DNA from: Lytechinus pictus
Lineage: Eukaryota
NCBI RefSeq assembly: GCF_037042905.1
Contig: NC_087252.1
Span: 17,920,001 to 17,984,000, forward strand
DNA: 64,000 bases
Direction of reading: 5' to 3'
Shown: one piece after another, positions 1-11,941 of the stretch
Position numbering within the stretch: the first letter of the stretch is position 1
Layout: each line of letters begins with the position of its first letter
Program-made: the position numbers and the translations under genes
The notes under the pieces: generated by a model
Told to the model about the DNA's origin: nothing
What the model saw: only the letters and a program-made list of their open reading frames with translations
Database searches by the model: none

Positions 1-959
1 ATCTTCAACCTCGAAAAAAAACAATATTCAGATCGAGTGTCAATTCAAAGAGCATGAATGTATCAATGTTGACGATAAAGGGCACTTTATCATTTGGAAT
101 AATTTTTAATTCAATTTTGTATTTCCCGAGATCGAAGTTCAGGATATCTCATTTTTTATGGGAAATATATTTGCAGAGGGCACTAAATCGGATCAAATCG
201 TCAAATTTTATGTTTGCAAGGATTTGATTTAATAAAACAAAAAAATAACTTTCACTCTTTTGAGATTGTTATGTTTTAGGAATGTTATTATTATTATTGT
301 TATTACTATTGTTATTATTATTATTATTACTATTGCTATTATTATTATTATTACTATTGTTATTATCATTACTATTGTTATTATAATTACTATTATAAAC
401 ACAAAACCTCAGTGCGACGCGATTTTTCAAGTGTCAATGTTTGCTGTGCCCCTGCATGCATTCATGCCCCTTTTCCGTTTATTTTCAAAATCCTTGAGGA
501 AACATTTCATGTAGTTCCAATAACAGCAAGATTATCACAATGTTGACAGAGGGTATGAATGAACTATGACACTTCATGAAGAAGATGTTCAGAAAATCTA
601 TCTCATTGAAAGAATTGTATTGCCAACAGATGGTTCGTGATGAACTATTACATTTATTATTTGGATAATGTGGCCAATAGATGGCGTTGCTATATCATTT
701 TAGAATAAATTTATTTGGAAACTGTACTTTCAGAGAAGTTTAGAATATCTCCTTTACAGTAAAGTAACATTGCAGATAGAATTAAGGCGCTCAATCGCAT
801 CGTCAAATCTGTAAATTTAATATAGGCCTACGATGTGACATGATTGAAAGCACTTCATTGCGGCGTACATTGCTCTGTTTTGACGGCGTTACGGCAATGT
901 TACGGCGGCGTAAGTTGGCGCTAGTGGCGCTAAGGCGCATCTAACGGCAAAGTCATGAA
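1..959 (+). repeat. Left arm of a long inverted repeat, truncated by the window start
   Basis: Reverse complement of 2013-2959 with only scattered substitutions, a small indel near 915-935 and a different (ATT)n length. The mirrored ORFs 260..514 (+) and 2449..2700 (-) are nearly identical. Confidence 0.95.
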
Positions 960-1011
960 CACTGCGCCTCATGGCGTCATAGTTTGACAATACTCAGCAT
1001 GGTCAAAGCAA

Positions 1012-1017
1012 TATAAA
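1012..1017 (+). promoter_or_regulatory. Candidate TATA box of the ZnF ORF
   Basis: TATAAA 60 bp upstream of ATG 1072. An AATAAA lies near 2000, just before the right arm. Confidence 0.45.
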
Positions 1018-1071
1018 GTGGTGATGCAAGTGTTGCACTGTCATTTGCAAGCTTAACATCTTCAGATCAAC

Positions 1072-1692
1072 ATGAATACTCTCTCAAACCGATTTGCTTG
1101 TTCCTTATGCGATAAGACGTATAGTCGCAGGTTTGACGTGAAGAGGCACGAACAAACTGCGCATCGAGAAATGGAAACGGATGAGGAACCGAATGAAACT
1201 GAATCTGAGAATGAAGACTCCAGTGATAATGAAAATATCATAGAGGAAGATTCTAAAATGATAAAATCAGAAAGCAAAGAAGAAGACAATGGAGATCCTG
1301 AAGACAACCTGGTTTATCAAGAATGGTTCAAACTAGCTCTAGCAGCAACCGATGAGATGAGAAATGAAAAGTACGAAAAATATATCTCAAGGGGTATGAG
1401 TGAGGTAGAAGCTCAAGAGAATGCTCACACAACAGTTTTATGGGCAGTCAAACGAATCTTCTTCGACCACTACTCTTACTTCTTGCGACATAGCTTGTAT
1501 CTTGAAGAAGATGACACCAATCTTGACATTCTATCTGATATCAAAGAAAGAGTAGAGAATGGAATGGATATTCGGAAAGCAATTCAACGCGTGTTGGCCA
1601 GACACAGAACAAAGTTTGATGTCCTATTTCAATACCAGGAAGAAGAGAAGGATGAAGAAGAGATGGAAGGGACTGAAGAAACCGACAACTAG
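1072..1692 (+). CDS. 206-aa protein: N-terminal C2H2 zinc finger, acidic linker, helical C-terminal domain (Polinton/adintovirus accessory-type by resemblance)
   Basis: Intact intronless ORF. F-x-C-x2-C-x3-Y-x8-H-x4-H motif (FACSLCDKTYSRRFDVKRHEQTAH) plus E/D-rich tracts. The viral/transposon association is inferred from context. Confidence 0.85.
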   Translation: MNTLSNRFACSLCDKTYSRRFDVKRHEQTAHREMETDEEPNETESENEDSSDNENIIEEDSKMIKSESKEEDNGDPEDNLVYQEWFKLALAATDEMRNEKYEKYISRGMSEVEAQENAHTTVLWAVKRIFFDHYSYFLRHSLYLEEDDTNLDILSDIKERVENGMDIRKAIQRVLARHRTKFDVLFQYQEEEKDEEEMEGTEETDN

Positions 1693-2012
1693 TTCACATA
1701 ATTATACAGAACAAACTTTGTAGATTGTAGAAAGCTGTACTTGTATTATGATCATGATGAAATGATATATTTTCCATGCTGATAACTTCCAAGAAAGTGA
1801 CCAAATATATTAAAATGAATGTACTTTCTGATACTATACAGATTTGAAATCTGCATTGCTTGTTAATATCTTGTTTCATACTTGAATTAAAATTACAAAA
1901 TTTGCTGATGTGAAATATTTTTTTGCATGTGTTTGTTTTTCTTCTCTTGTGCTTTGTTGTTAGACGAATTGATACGATTAAACGCCTTCTATCAACAAAA
2001 ATAAAAATTGAA

Positions 2013-2959
2013 TTCATGACTTTGCCGTTAGATGCGCCGTAACGCCACCTTACGCCGCCGTAACATTGCCGTAACGCCATCAAAACAGAGCAATGTACGC
2101 CGCAATGAAGTGCTTTCAATCATGTCACATCGTAGGCCTATATTAAATTTACAGATTTGACGATGCGATTGAGCGCCTTAATTCTATCTGCAATGTTACT
2201 TTACTGTAAAGGAGATATTCTAAACTTCTCTGAAAGTACAGTTTCCAAATAAATTTATTCTAAAATGATATAGCAACGCCATCTATTGGCCACATTATCC
2301 AAATAATAAATGTAATAGTTCATCACGAACCATCTGTTGGCAATACAATTCTTTCAATGAGATAGATTTTCTGAACATCTTCTTCATTAAGTGTCATAGT
2401 TCATTCATACCCTCTGTCAACATTGTGATAATCTTGCTGTTATTGGAACTACATGAAATGTTTCCTCAAGGATTTTGAAAATAAACGGAAAAGGGGCATA
2501 AATGCATGCAGGGGCACAGCAAACATTGACACTTGAAAAATCGCGTCGCACTGAGGTTTTGTGTTTATAATAGTAATTATAATAACAATAGTAATGATAA
2601 TAACAATAGTAATAATAATAATAATAATAGTAATAATAATAATAATAACAATAGTAATAATAATAATAATAATAACATTCCTAAAACATAACAATCTCAA
2701 AAGAGTGAAAGTTATTTTTTTGTTTTATTAAATCAAATCCTTGCAAACATAAAATTTGACGATTTGATCCGATTTAGTGCCCTCTGCAAATATATTTCCC
2801 ATAAAAAATGAGATATCCTGAACTTCGATCTCGGGAAATACAAAATTGAATAAAAAATTATTCCAAATGATAAAGTGCCCTTTATCGTCAACATTGATAC
2901 ATTCATGCTCTTTGAATTGACACTCAATCTGAATATTGATTTTTTTCGAGGTTGAAGAT
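2013..2959 (-). repeat. Right arm of the long inverted repeat (probably continues to 4134)
   Basis: Inner boundary TTCATGACTTTGCCGTTAGATGCGCC at 2013 pairs with GGCGCATCTAACGGCAAAGTCATGAA ending at 959. Position 2959 pairs with position 1. Confidence 0.95.
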
Positions 2960-3044
2960 TTTTTAAATAAACGGAGGGGCATGCAGGGTCATGGTACAAA
3001 TAATTGAAAGAAGTGTTAACCCCCACTATCGGATAAATAGAGAG

Positions 3045-3230
3045 TGTGTGTTTCTGTTAGAGTGTGTGAGTGTTTGTACTTCAGTGTTTACAGACATGTA
3101 TCTATGAGAAATGATGGTTTATAATTGGGACCGACATTTAACATCATATCTTCAATCACCAAAGTTCATCGATCGAACTCATTGCCAAATGGTAAATTGT
3201 GATCCTTCTATACCGCAACCCATGACGCCG
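3045..3230 (-). mobile_element. Diverged SINE with tRNA-like head, sharing its body with the 8643-8832 element
   Basis: Shares TTTACAGACATGTATC...TGGGACCGACATTTAAC with 8670-8730 and has a (TG)-rich tail. The minus-strand head has degenerate A and B boxes (GAGTTCGATC). Confidence 0.5.
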
Positions 3231-3674
3231 TTAGACGCCGCAACGCCGCACTGATGGAATAATATGAGGGAATGAAGTGGATTCCAGCTAAATTCTCTTA
3301 TTACCCCCACAAGGAACAACCCCATGATCATGACGATGCTGATGTTTCGCCGTAGACGCTACAACGCCAAGATGGTGGCAAACTGGCGGAATGAGACGTA
3401 CCGATTGGGTGACAGCTATTTCCTGCCTGAAACCATGGAAAAAGTAATGTTAAATTGTAAGCGACCCTCTTCCCTGAAATTATATTCACTGTGTAACCAA
3501 TAATCCTATACCACTCTAACTTCATGACCATATCGAGGGCCACTAATCAATGATGTATCCCTATGGTCACCTTAACCAAGTGTTTCACGAGGTCACCGTT
3601 ATTTCATAATTATGCAACTACAATATGGCTTCCTGCAGATGTCTTGAAGACTACTTGGCTTTAGCTTTATCCAA

Positions 3675-3897
3675 AGATGAGCTGCTTGGCAAACATCTAC
3701 CTGCATCCAAAACCATCAAGAGTGAACTTGACCAACACATCCCTAATTCTATTGTCCCATCATCAATCCATACCCTCCACACGCACAGATGAGCTGCTTG
3801 GCAAACATCTACCTGCATCCAAAACCACCAAGAGTGAACTTGACCAACACACACCCCTAATTCTATTGTCCCATCATCAATCCATACTCTCCACACA
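3675..3897. repeat. Two-copy tandem repeat, unit about 112 bp
   Basis: AGATGAGCTGCTTGGCAAACATCTACCTGCATCC...CTCCACAC occurs at about 3675 and 3787. Confidence 0.9.
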
Positions 3898-6044
3898 TTA
3901 CCAAAAAATATCCATGTCCAACTTGACCGCTTTGTCTAACATAAATTTTAAAATTAATTATGTTCATCCCCATAACGACTCTTCGCTTTTGACCTCACCG
4001 ATATCAACAAACACCTAATTGATAATTAATTAATAATTAACTAATAATCAATTAATAATTAACTAATTATTAATAATTCATTAATAATTAACTATGTTAA
4101 TCCCCTCTACCGGAAGTTGTCCAAACAGACTACTATATCTTCTAATGGAAACATATGATAAACATTTCAAAGGGAGGAAGGCTAATGGTAACTGTGATTT
4201 AAGAATAAAACTTGACAATACTTTTTTTAAACAAAGGTGTCTACTAGGATCATAGGGATGTTCGTTAAAGGTCAACTTTGATGGAATTATCACTTGAAAC
4301 ACATCAGTAAATCATTTTCTCGAAATATAAACTACACTATATTGAATACATTGAACCTGACAAAATAATATGCATTTTTCACAATAGTCTTATTCTACCT
4401 GCTGTGTCATGTTGTAGTTCTCTTTGGACAATATGAAGGAAAGTCACATATGAAGTTCTTCTGTTGTAGACAAAGCAATTTTCTATTCTATGCTAGTTTG
4501 TTTGGTTACCCTTACCACATTGTCAATGTCTGGCTGTTGATGATATCCATTTCCTTCAAACTTCCCTTTTAATCTATCGATTCAGTGCCGAAATGTTACC
4601 TGCCCGCATTTTCACTATGTTTCCACAAGAATGCTATCCATATCCAACATATAAGTGAAGCATTTAATATGGACTTTTACAACCCTCGCACGTTGTTGGC
4701 TCACAAAACTATATGGTCCCGATGTTTGGAATTCCCTATCCACGTGTAGTAGGAATTTATTATTAGTTTATTCCTTCAAAAGTGCAGTTAAACGAATACT
4801 CATCTTGCAGGTTTAATTCTCTCACAAAAGCAATATTTGTTGTACTATATGTTTTTAATCAAAGATTTTTTTAATTTCGGGTAATTACACCCTGGCATAG
4901 GCCCTATTTTCTAAATAATTGTATTTTCAACTGTGGAAAAAAAATCATTTGTCTATTTGTAGTCATAATCAACCTAATTTGAAAATTCCTTAGTATGTAT
5001 TTTATAATTTCAAAGGCGGGACAATGTATCAAGGTTATTCAGATATTGACTGATGGGGTGTGTAATATAAACATTCTTTGGACCGCCGGATTCATATTTT
5101 CCCGAGGGGTTATTTTTTCCCTGAAGTGCGCAGCGCTGAGAGAAAATATGAACACGAGGGAAAATATAAATCCTTTAGGCGGTCCAAAGAATGTCTATTT
5201 TACATACCCAACCATTCAATATCTTTTATATTAGATAGCCTGAAGTGATGGAGATTCTGTATATAGACTCTAATTTGTAGAGAAACTAGACCTAGGCCTA
5301 GATGAAACTAGATCTAGATCCACTAGATCTAGATCAACTAACAAAATATAGAATGTACTTACCAGATCCATTCCCTGCAAAAATTCCAATTCCAACAGAG
5401 ATAAAGCCAAAAGCATCGATAAGGAAAACAGTCATAGCGGTAGTCTACATCCCAATGAAATTCCAACCGTTCCGACTGTTCAACGTAATAACAACAAACA
5501 CGAACGCAACATAATTACATAGGGTACGATGCAGTATTGTCTACTTGTTTATTATGTTTACAGTACACTGATGAAAGTGTTACTGTACTACCCTTTTCTG
5601 GTCCACATCCTAATTGTTTGATACAAAGTTCATTTGAGATGAGGACTGTGAGTCCGGTCCAGGTCCAGGACACAGGGCTAAATGAGATCCATGTTGATTA
5701 TGAGCTGTGACATCAGATGCACAAATTTGGGAATGAGATATAACAGGACCAGATGGCAGCCTACTGATTGATCAAGGTTTTCCTGAGGCTGATCTCTCTG
5801 TTGTCGAACCAGGACTTGGTCCAGGACCCAATGTGGATCTCTGTAGATCCTGAGGCTGACTAATAACGTCAGGTGCAGAATCTGGTGGTGGATGAGATGA
5901 AACAGGACTAGGTGGTGGCCTGGTGACTGTACTTGGTGGTCCTGATCTTTCTTTTGCTTAACCAGATCCAGGACCAGGACCAAATCTGGCACTAGCTTTA
6001 GACCTTGTACTACTAGGACTAGAAAGCGTAACCTTCAACTGACA

Positions 6045-7000
6045 ATTCTATGACGAGCATAAGCTCATTGGTGGTTTATGTCCTTCGTCAACTCGAGATT
6101 AATGTTTAAGACTTGACGTTTTAGCTTTACTGCTTATGCTTTTCCTTGTGTTCCCCAATACATTCTTACCAACAACCTGATGATCACACCATGGCACATT
6201 TTGTTGGTATACCAACAAAATGTGCCATGGTGTGATAAAAATGTCAAACATGACAGCGGTCCAGTCCCAGGGACAGTAGAACAATATATTGTTCTACTGT
6301 CCCTGGGACTGGACCGCTTTCATGTTTGACATTTTTTTGAGACGCACTTGATTTGGGGCGTTGCCAAAAAAAACGGAAAGTCACGATTCAGATGCAAAAC
6401 ATATTCACAGAACGACTTGACGGGACAATGGTCATCCTTCGTCTCATACATCCGACCACATTGGCTCCTTGAGTCATCATGTTTGTCTCCTCTGTGATTT
6501 TTAGTCAGTTTATTCTTCGCAAGATAAACATATCTCCTATGGCTAAAATCTGTAGCAATAGCAAAGTCGTCTGTCCTTAGATCCTTGAGATTCCCCCTGC
6601 CTCTGTTACACAGGTGTAACATGATTCACAAACACAGCATTATTGAGGCCTCTCGGAGTAGAACGGTCCAAGGCTCACGAGGTCATTATTTTTTTAAGGT
6701 CTTCCTTACTAATAGGATCCTTGTGTGTAATTGAACCCTTTCCTTCAGCTTTCAGTTTATGGAGGACTGCAGCAAACATGTCGTTTGCACGTCTAAATTC
6801 AACACTGTTCACAATGTCCATTGCCTTTTTTTTTTTAAAGAAAGTGCCTCTGGAGACCATGGCGTATTGTGACCATAGAACTCTTTGCGTACCATTGACC
6901 ATTTCCCCGCCACTCCTCTGCGTAGAATGATCGAATGCACTCGCATAACTCTTGCTCCGAGTAATCCGTATCCACAGCACAGATCTAGGCTCCCTTTTGA
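6045..7000 (-). pseudogene. Frameshifted DUF3504/Crypton tyrosine recombinase (KCTD1/ZMYM-related domain)
   Basis: Fragments DIVNSVEFRRANDMF..LKAEGKGSITHKDPISKEDL, LCNRGRGNLKDL, LTKNHRG..GRMYE..CPVKSF..Y, PW..VVGKNVLG and GHK..SL appear in the expected order across several frames, with stops. Confidence 0.85.
6183..6335. repeat. Two adjacent palindromes (6183-6236 perfect, 54 bp; 6237-6335 one mismatch, about 99 bp)
   Basis: ATCACACCATGGCACATTTTGTTGGTA|TACCAACAAAATGTGCCATGGTGTGAT, followed by AAAAATGTCAAACATG...GTAGAACAATATATTGTTCTAC...CATGTTTGACATTTTT. Confidence 0.95.
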
Positions 7001-7172
7001 AGTATTGTTGAATTAAACTGGGACTGGACCTGGACCTGGACCGGACTCACTGCACTACAACAATTTTAAATTACTCGGTACTATACTCGCCCCGAAAATG
7101 TATTGCAACATTGATATCGAGTGTTGATCGATTGCAAACGATCGCTACTTTAGTCCCACATATGGAGGTGGA

Positions 7173-7330
7173 GGTGCCGTGGCCGAGTGGTATAAGGCGC
7201 CTGGCTATACACGGAAAGTCCGTGGTTCGATCCAAGGCCGCGGCACCTATGGCCGTGAGCAAGGCATTTAATCTACAATGCCCTTTGATCCTGCTTTCAA
7301 ATAAATGGAAATGCTATATGTATTATTGGT
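7173..7330 (+). mobile_element. tRNA-derived SINE, 5' part
   Basis: GGTGCCG/CGGCACC acceptor-like stem (7173-7247), A box TGGCCGAGTGG, B box GGTTCGATCC, followed by a GAGCAAGGCATTTAA SINE-core-like segment. Confidence 0.7.
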
Positions 7331-8642
7331 AACTAGGTGTGCACCATGTGAAAACGTGATGTACACTTAAGCCATCACTCTGATTTCAACTCAGACTTTG
7401 CAACAAAAAAAACGCGCAAAAATCCGTTGTTTTCGCACTTCAACTCGTTGTCGTTTTTTTAATATTGAGTCAATATCAAAAAGTGAAGCAGATCTAGAAA
7501 ATTTAGATTTTCAGCTTTATCATCATATTAATCATATCAAATATGTAGAATTTAAGATACCGTCATTTTAGACTTACATTTTTCAAGTTTCCCCCAATTT
7601 TGTGTGAGAGAGGGCTACAAATCAAGGACTTCACATATCTTTTGCTCTGATAACTTCGCGCCAAATCAAGCCAAGTAAGAAAGTGAAACATCATCTGAAA
7701 GTTCAGATCACTATGATTACAATGATATAACATCCATTTTGATTAGTTAAAAGAAAGTACCGTCATTTTTTAATCCAATCTCTTTGTTCGTTTCAAAATG
7801 TTGACATTTTGCCCGGTCAGAGTAAACCCGTACCCGTGGTTGCCAAGGACAACCCATGCATAATACGCGTGTTGCAGCTCGGTGATCGAACCTTATGCTG
7901 CAGCCCGAGCTTTGGGGAGCTTTGTCGAATTTTATTGGTGAGTTGCATTGTTTTTTTTCTGAGGAACTGAATTAAATATTTTACCATCTTAACAGTAGTA
8001 TACCTTACGAATCACACAGGGAATCATTTTGAATAATTCCAAAAAGAAATTAAGTTTTATTGAAAATTTTGAAGGCATGCCTAATCGCTCCCTGTGTCAA
8101 ATTCTACACGAAGACGTTGTGTGTTAGTACTAGGATCGTTCCATTTTGTCTACGGTAGATAGTAAGTTGTCTTATAAACCGGCGTAGGCCCTATATGACT
8201 GGGTGTGTATGCACGTTCACGTCCAGCCGGGCTGGGGCCCCGGGCCGGGTACCGAAGCAGAGCGGTGGGTATGGATATGCACTCCAACACATATTTACAT
8301 AAACGCACTTCTCCAGTCATAATAAATAAACGAGATGGCGGTTCATAGCATTGTTACTATCTATATACATACACTGTACATTATTTACAATGTAAAATAA
8401 CATGCATTTCCGTGCAGCGAACGTAATTGAGGCGCGCAGTAATTTTCTCTCCGGACTGCGTACTTTTATACCCCTCATATCCGAATGGATCAGTCCGAGC
8501 CTTTTTTTTTTTCTGTGACGTGTCAGACCGCGCGTCGTGTCCCGAGTCGTGTCAGTAGCATTGGAAGAGGCTCTGCAGACATGTGTGTCTACAAATTGTG
8601 TAGAGACGTTTTCATATGAAAAAAAAAAACCCTATGTTATCC

Positions 8643-8832
8643 TGTGTGTGTGTGTGTGTGTGTGTATCTGAGTTTTGTCAGACGTGTATCAATCAGATAT
8701 GATTATTTACGTCTGGGACCGACCTTTAACGTCACCATCCGAAAGACGTGACCAGGGCTCGAACCTCGAACCTCTGCATCAATTTGTAACTTCCCCACAG
8801 CTTGGATTACAGGCGCACGCCACAACGCCCAG
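8643..8832 (-). mobile_element. SINE with 7SL/Alu-like head, B box, Deu-like segment and (CA)n tail
   Basis: The minus strand begins CTGGGCGTTGTGGCGTGCGCCTGTAATCCAAGCT, then GGTTCGAGCCC, then GTCTTTCGGATGGTGACGTTAAAGGTCGGTCC. A related copy lies near 59830-59987. Confidence 0.75.
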
Positions 8833-11800
8833 TTTAATTGGTAACATCTAATCCAAAAGAGGGCGCAAGACACGTATAAAAATATATTCATCGACCAGCT
8901 GGTCAATATATTCATCAAAGGTGGACCGGCTGGGAAAATACACTGATTTCGATCATATCACGTGACGCGCAATTGACCAATCGCGCTTGGCTATCTAATA
9001 TATGCCTACATTGTCAAAACCCCTGCATATCTGCCTCTTATGTAAAGTATCGCTTACCTCTTTTATTAAAAAAAAATTACATGTCCTTTATGAAGTTCAC
9101 ACTGCGTAAGTTGCCATGCCATGAAAAATAGATAAATAGTTAATATCAAATCACGAAAATTATTGCAACGATATTTTATTGCGGCCACCTTGGATTTGAA
9201 GGTGGCGGCCACTCTGACACCGACCAGGTGTTCACATTGCAGGGAGGCAATCAGTGCCTCAAAATACCCCTGTGTGTCAGATATTTATTTATTTATTTAT
9301 TAGAACATATCTATTCAGGTATAAAAGATCAGCATAAAACTGTTTTTCATCAATGACCTGATGAAAACACAAAGAACAACAAAAATTATCATATCATACA
9401 TGAATATGAAGACAAAATCTGATTCAAAGATAACAGTGCTTGGTTATCAAATTGGAACAGTTACTAATTATAAGACTACTAATTGTATATTTTTTCACTG
9501 ATAGAAACACTGAAATGATAGCGATGAATTAATTATACCATTATAGGAAACATATAGAAAATAGCAGTTTTACATGTCAGGTATTAAGTCAATAAAATGA
9601 TATTTCATGGTTTTTCTTGGCGGCCATCTTGGATTTTGATATGGCTACCGACCCGATGGTCTGATCGCTTTGGGCCGGCAATTCTTTTTTTAATCAGCGC
9701 CCCAAAATACCCCTGTTTTACCAAACTTTACACTTTCTGTCAGATTTATGCATATGTGTCACTTATCTTAAGCACTAACTTATAGACCACGAAAAACTAA
9801 AGGAAAACAAAAATGTGCTAGGCAGAGTCTACAGTTATCTTGCTAGCTGATATGAGTCTGATGCTGCGAGTGGCTCTGGTCTTCACTCATGAACGACCAT
9901 GAACGATCATAAACGATCTGTGAGTCTTCTCTACAGCCACCGTTAGTAGCTTTTCGCAGTAGACAGATCAGACAATCACACACGTTTATTAGTATTACAG
10001 ATTTTCTGTTGCCTATACATGACTAGATTATAAGCTAAGAAAACCTTCCATTTTTGTTACTACCAACAGCAGAACATCTCTCAGCAATGTAAACTGCATT
10101 CTTGGCCTTTGCTTTCCAGTGATGAAGCATAGACAAATTAAGACCTGGCTTATCCACATCCTCCAGGAGTGACCAAAGACATTCCAACGTGTCACTACCG
10201 GTATGATTACTTTTAATCAAATCCGGTATTTGCAAAGTGCTTCATTTTATTGCTATCATTGAAATTTTTGCCTACTATTTGAAAGTTTGGGTTGTTTCAT
10301 GAGAATTATCTTGTTTATGTTTCAGGTGGTCTATCAATTGAAAGTGAATGAAAAATCTGTTTGCTTTAATAACTTAGGTTTTCCATGATTAATATTTTAC
10401 ATTAGCGATATCTAAATCACATTTTGTTGGTAAACATTTGGATAGAATGTGAATTCTATACATATTATATTTTCAGATATTTGGGCGATCCCATATGAAA
10501 GGATATCAATAGTAGCAGATAATATGTGAACAGTTGCATCACAAAATGTATTAAATCGCTTAAATTGTAGTCGAAGTAACTATGACAGATGATTTGTTAA
10601 ATCAATAATAAAAAAGAAGTTAATGCCTTAATGATATTTTATCAGCGATAAAACTTACGAATTAACTGTGTCCACATTCTATAGATCTCCTCCTCATTCA
10701 CATCGCATGGTTCTTGACGGAGTGATCACTGACATTCTACCTGTATATTTTCACTATCGGTATGATAACTCCTTAAAAAATATTGTATATTTCAAGTTCT
10801 ATATTCTATTGCTATTGATTTAACACTGTCTGTCATTTCATACATCATCTCTCTCTCTTTTTTGTACTTGATTTATTTGGTGGTCTGTTGTTTTATTAAC
10901 CCTTATCATTCATTTATTTTTATTCTTAAAGTTTGTCACAACGCTATCCACCATAAAAATCTACTTTAATTTCCAATACATCTATCAAGACTGCCATGAA
11001 CATGTCGTGACAAACTTCACAAGGTCATCAGATCACAATGACGTCATCCAGTCACCATTTGTATTTTTATTCATGAGATTAAAAACATGACATTAAAAGA
11101 ATCAACAATTTGGGGTACGACAAAAGAAAAACGTTCTAATTTTTTTTCATTTTCTAAAAAGTGTTAAACGCACATTTGAGGTGATATGAAGATGAGAGAG
11201 CTGATGTGTTTACATGTCATGTTATATGAATTATTGACAATGTCAGATTTTTGAAACCTTGCAATAAAGAAACTCTACATTGAATAAATTTTGGTTACAA
11301 AAATGCATGTTATCAAGAAGTGATCAAACAATGTTTTTCACATAATAAAATACAAAGTAAATAGGTGGTGGATGCCGTCAAGTTAGGACCATCCATTTTG
11401 CCTTTCAGTAATGATGCATGTCAATTACTTATGTGAAGATAAGCAAAAAGTGAAAATGATGAAAACATCCGATTTTACTTTCAGTTTTGATGAAATTTTA
11501 GCGTTATTTTTGTTCATCTATTTCATAGACCTTTTTGCTCAATTTGCTATACTTAGCTTTTGAAAGACAAATGTTGCCCAATGTTTAGTGGATGGGTTTT
11601 CAATACTGTCTTAAAGCGCAACACAGAAATATGCCATCTCTGCTAGTCAATTCTAAAACATTATGTTTGCATTTACCTGATATCCCAATACCTTTTCAAT
11701 ATTCAAGTCAAGTTGAATCAAACATTTTTCTTCTTTTTCTTCTTTTTATCTCAGGGTATGTAAGGTCCTTTGCTGTGATTCAGAGCTGCCTTTGTGGATA

Positions 11801-11941
11801 ACAGACATTTGTGGTTTAACATAGTTTGCAGTATTATTTATTACACGGTTTACCTGCAAACTGGAGTTGAAAATATCAAAATCCTACAGATTTTGTAAAT
11901 AATTGTAGAGATCTCTTACGTACATTATACTAGCACATATC

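Larger units (their letters stand above)
1..4134. mobile_element. Polinton/Maverick-derived non-autonomous element, right part; left end lies outside the window
   Basis: The reverse complement at 4134 reads AGTAGTCTGTTTGGACAACTTCCGG, matching the AGT-repeat start typical of Polinton TIRs. Long inverted arms (1-959 / 2013-2959) flank a single ZnF ORF. No polB, integrase or capsid ORF is visible. Confidence 0.6.
5040..9002 (-). mobile_element. Decayed Crypton-type (tyrosine recombinase) element
   Basis: An imperfect terminal hairpin (about 5041-5223), a 14-bp inverted repeat TATATTAGATAGCC (5227-5240) / GGCTATCTAATATA (8989-9002), and an internal DUF3504-like pseudogene. Boundaries are inferred. 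Confidence 0.6.

Noticed and set aside
260..514. Ile-rich membrane-like ORF and its mirror at 2449-2700
   Set aside because: Translation of an (ATT)n microsatellite with a non-ATG start.
2728..3026. 84-aa and 97-aa ORFs in the right arm
   Set aside because: The left-arm copy of the 84-aa frame has TAA at 107-109, and no motif is recognisable. At most a gene remnant.
7173..7247. Functional tRNA gene
   Set aside because: The anticodon arm is poorly formed, there is no T-run terminator, and it continues into SINE-like sequence.
8799..8832. Genuine 7SL/SRP RNA gene
   Set aside because: Similarity covers only the first 35-45 nt, there is no S domain, and it is followed by a SINE body.
10035..10235. 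66-aa minus-strand ORF
   Set aside because: No ATG, no clear splice signals and no recognisable domain.
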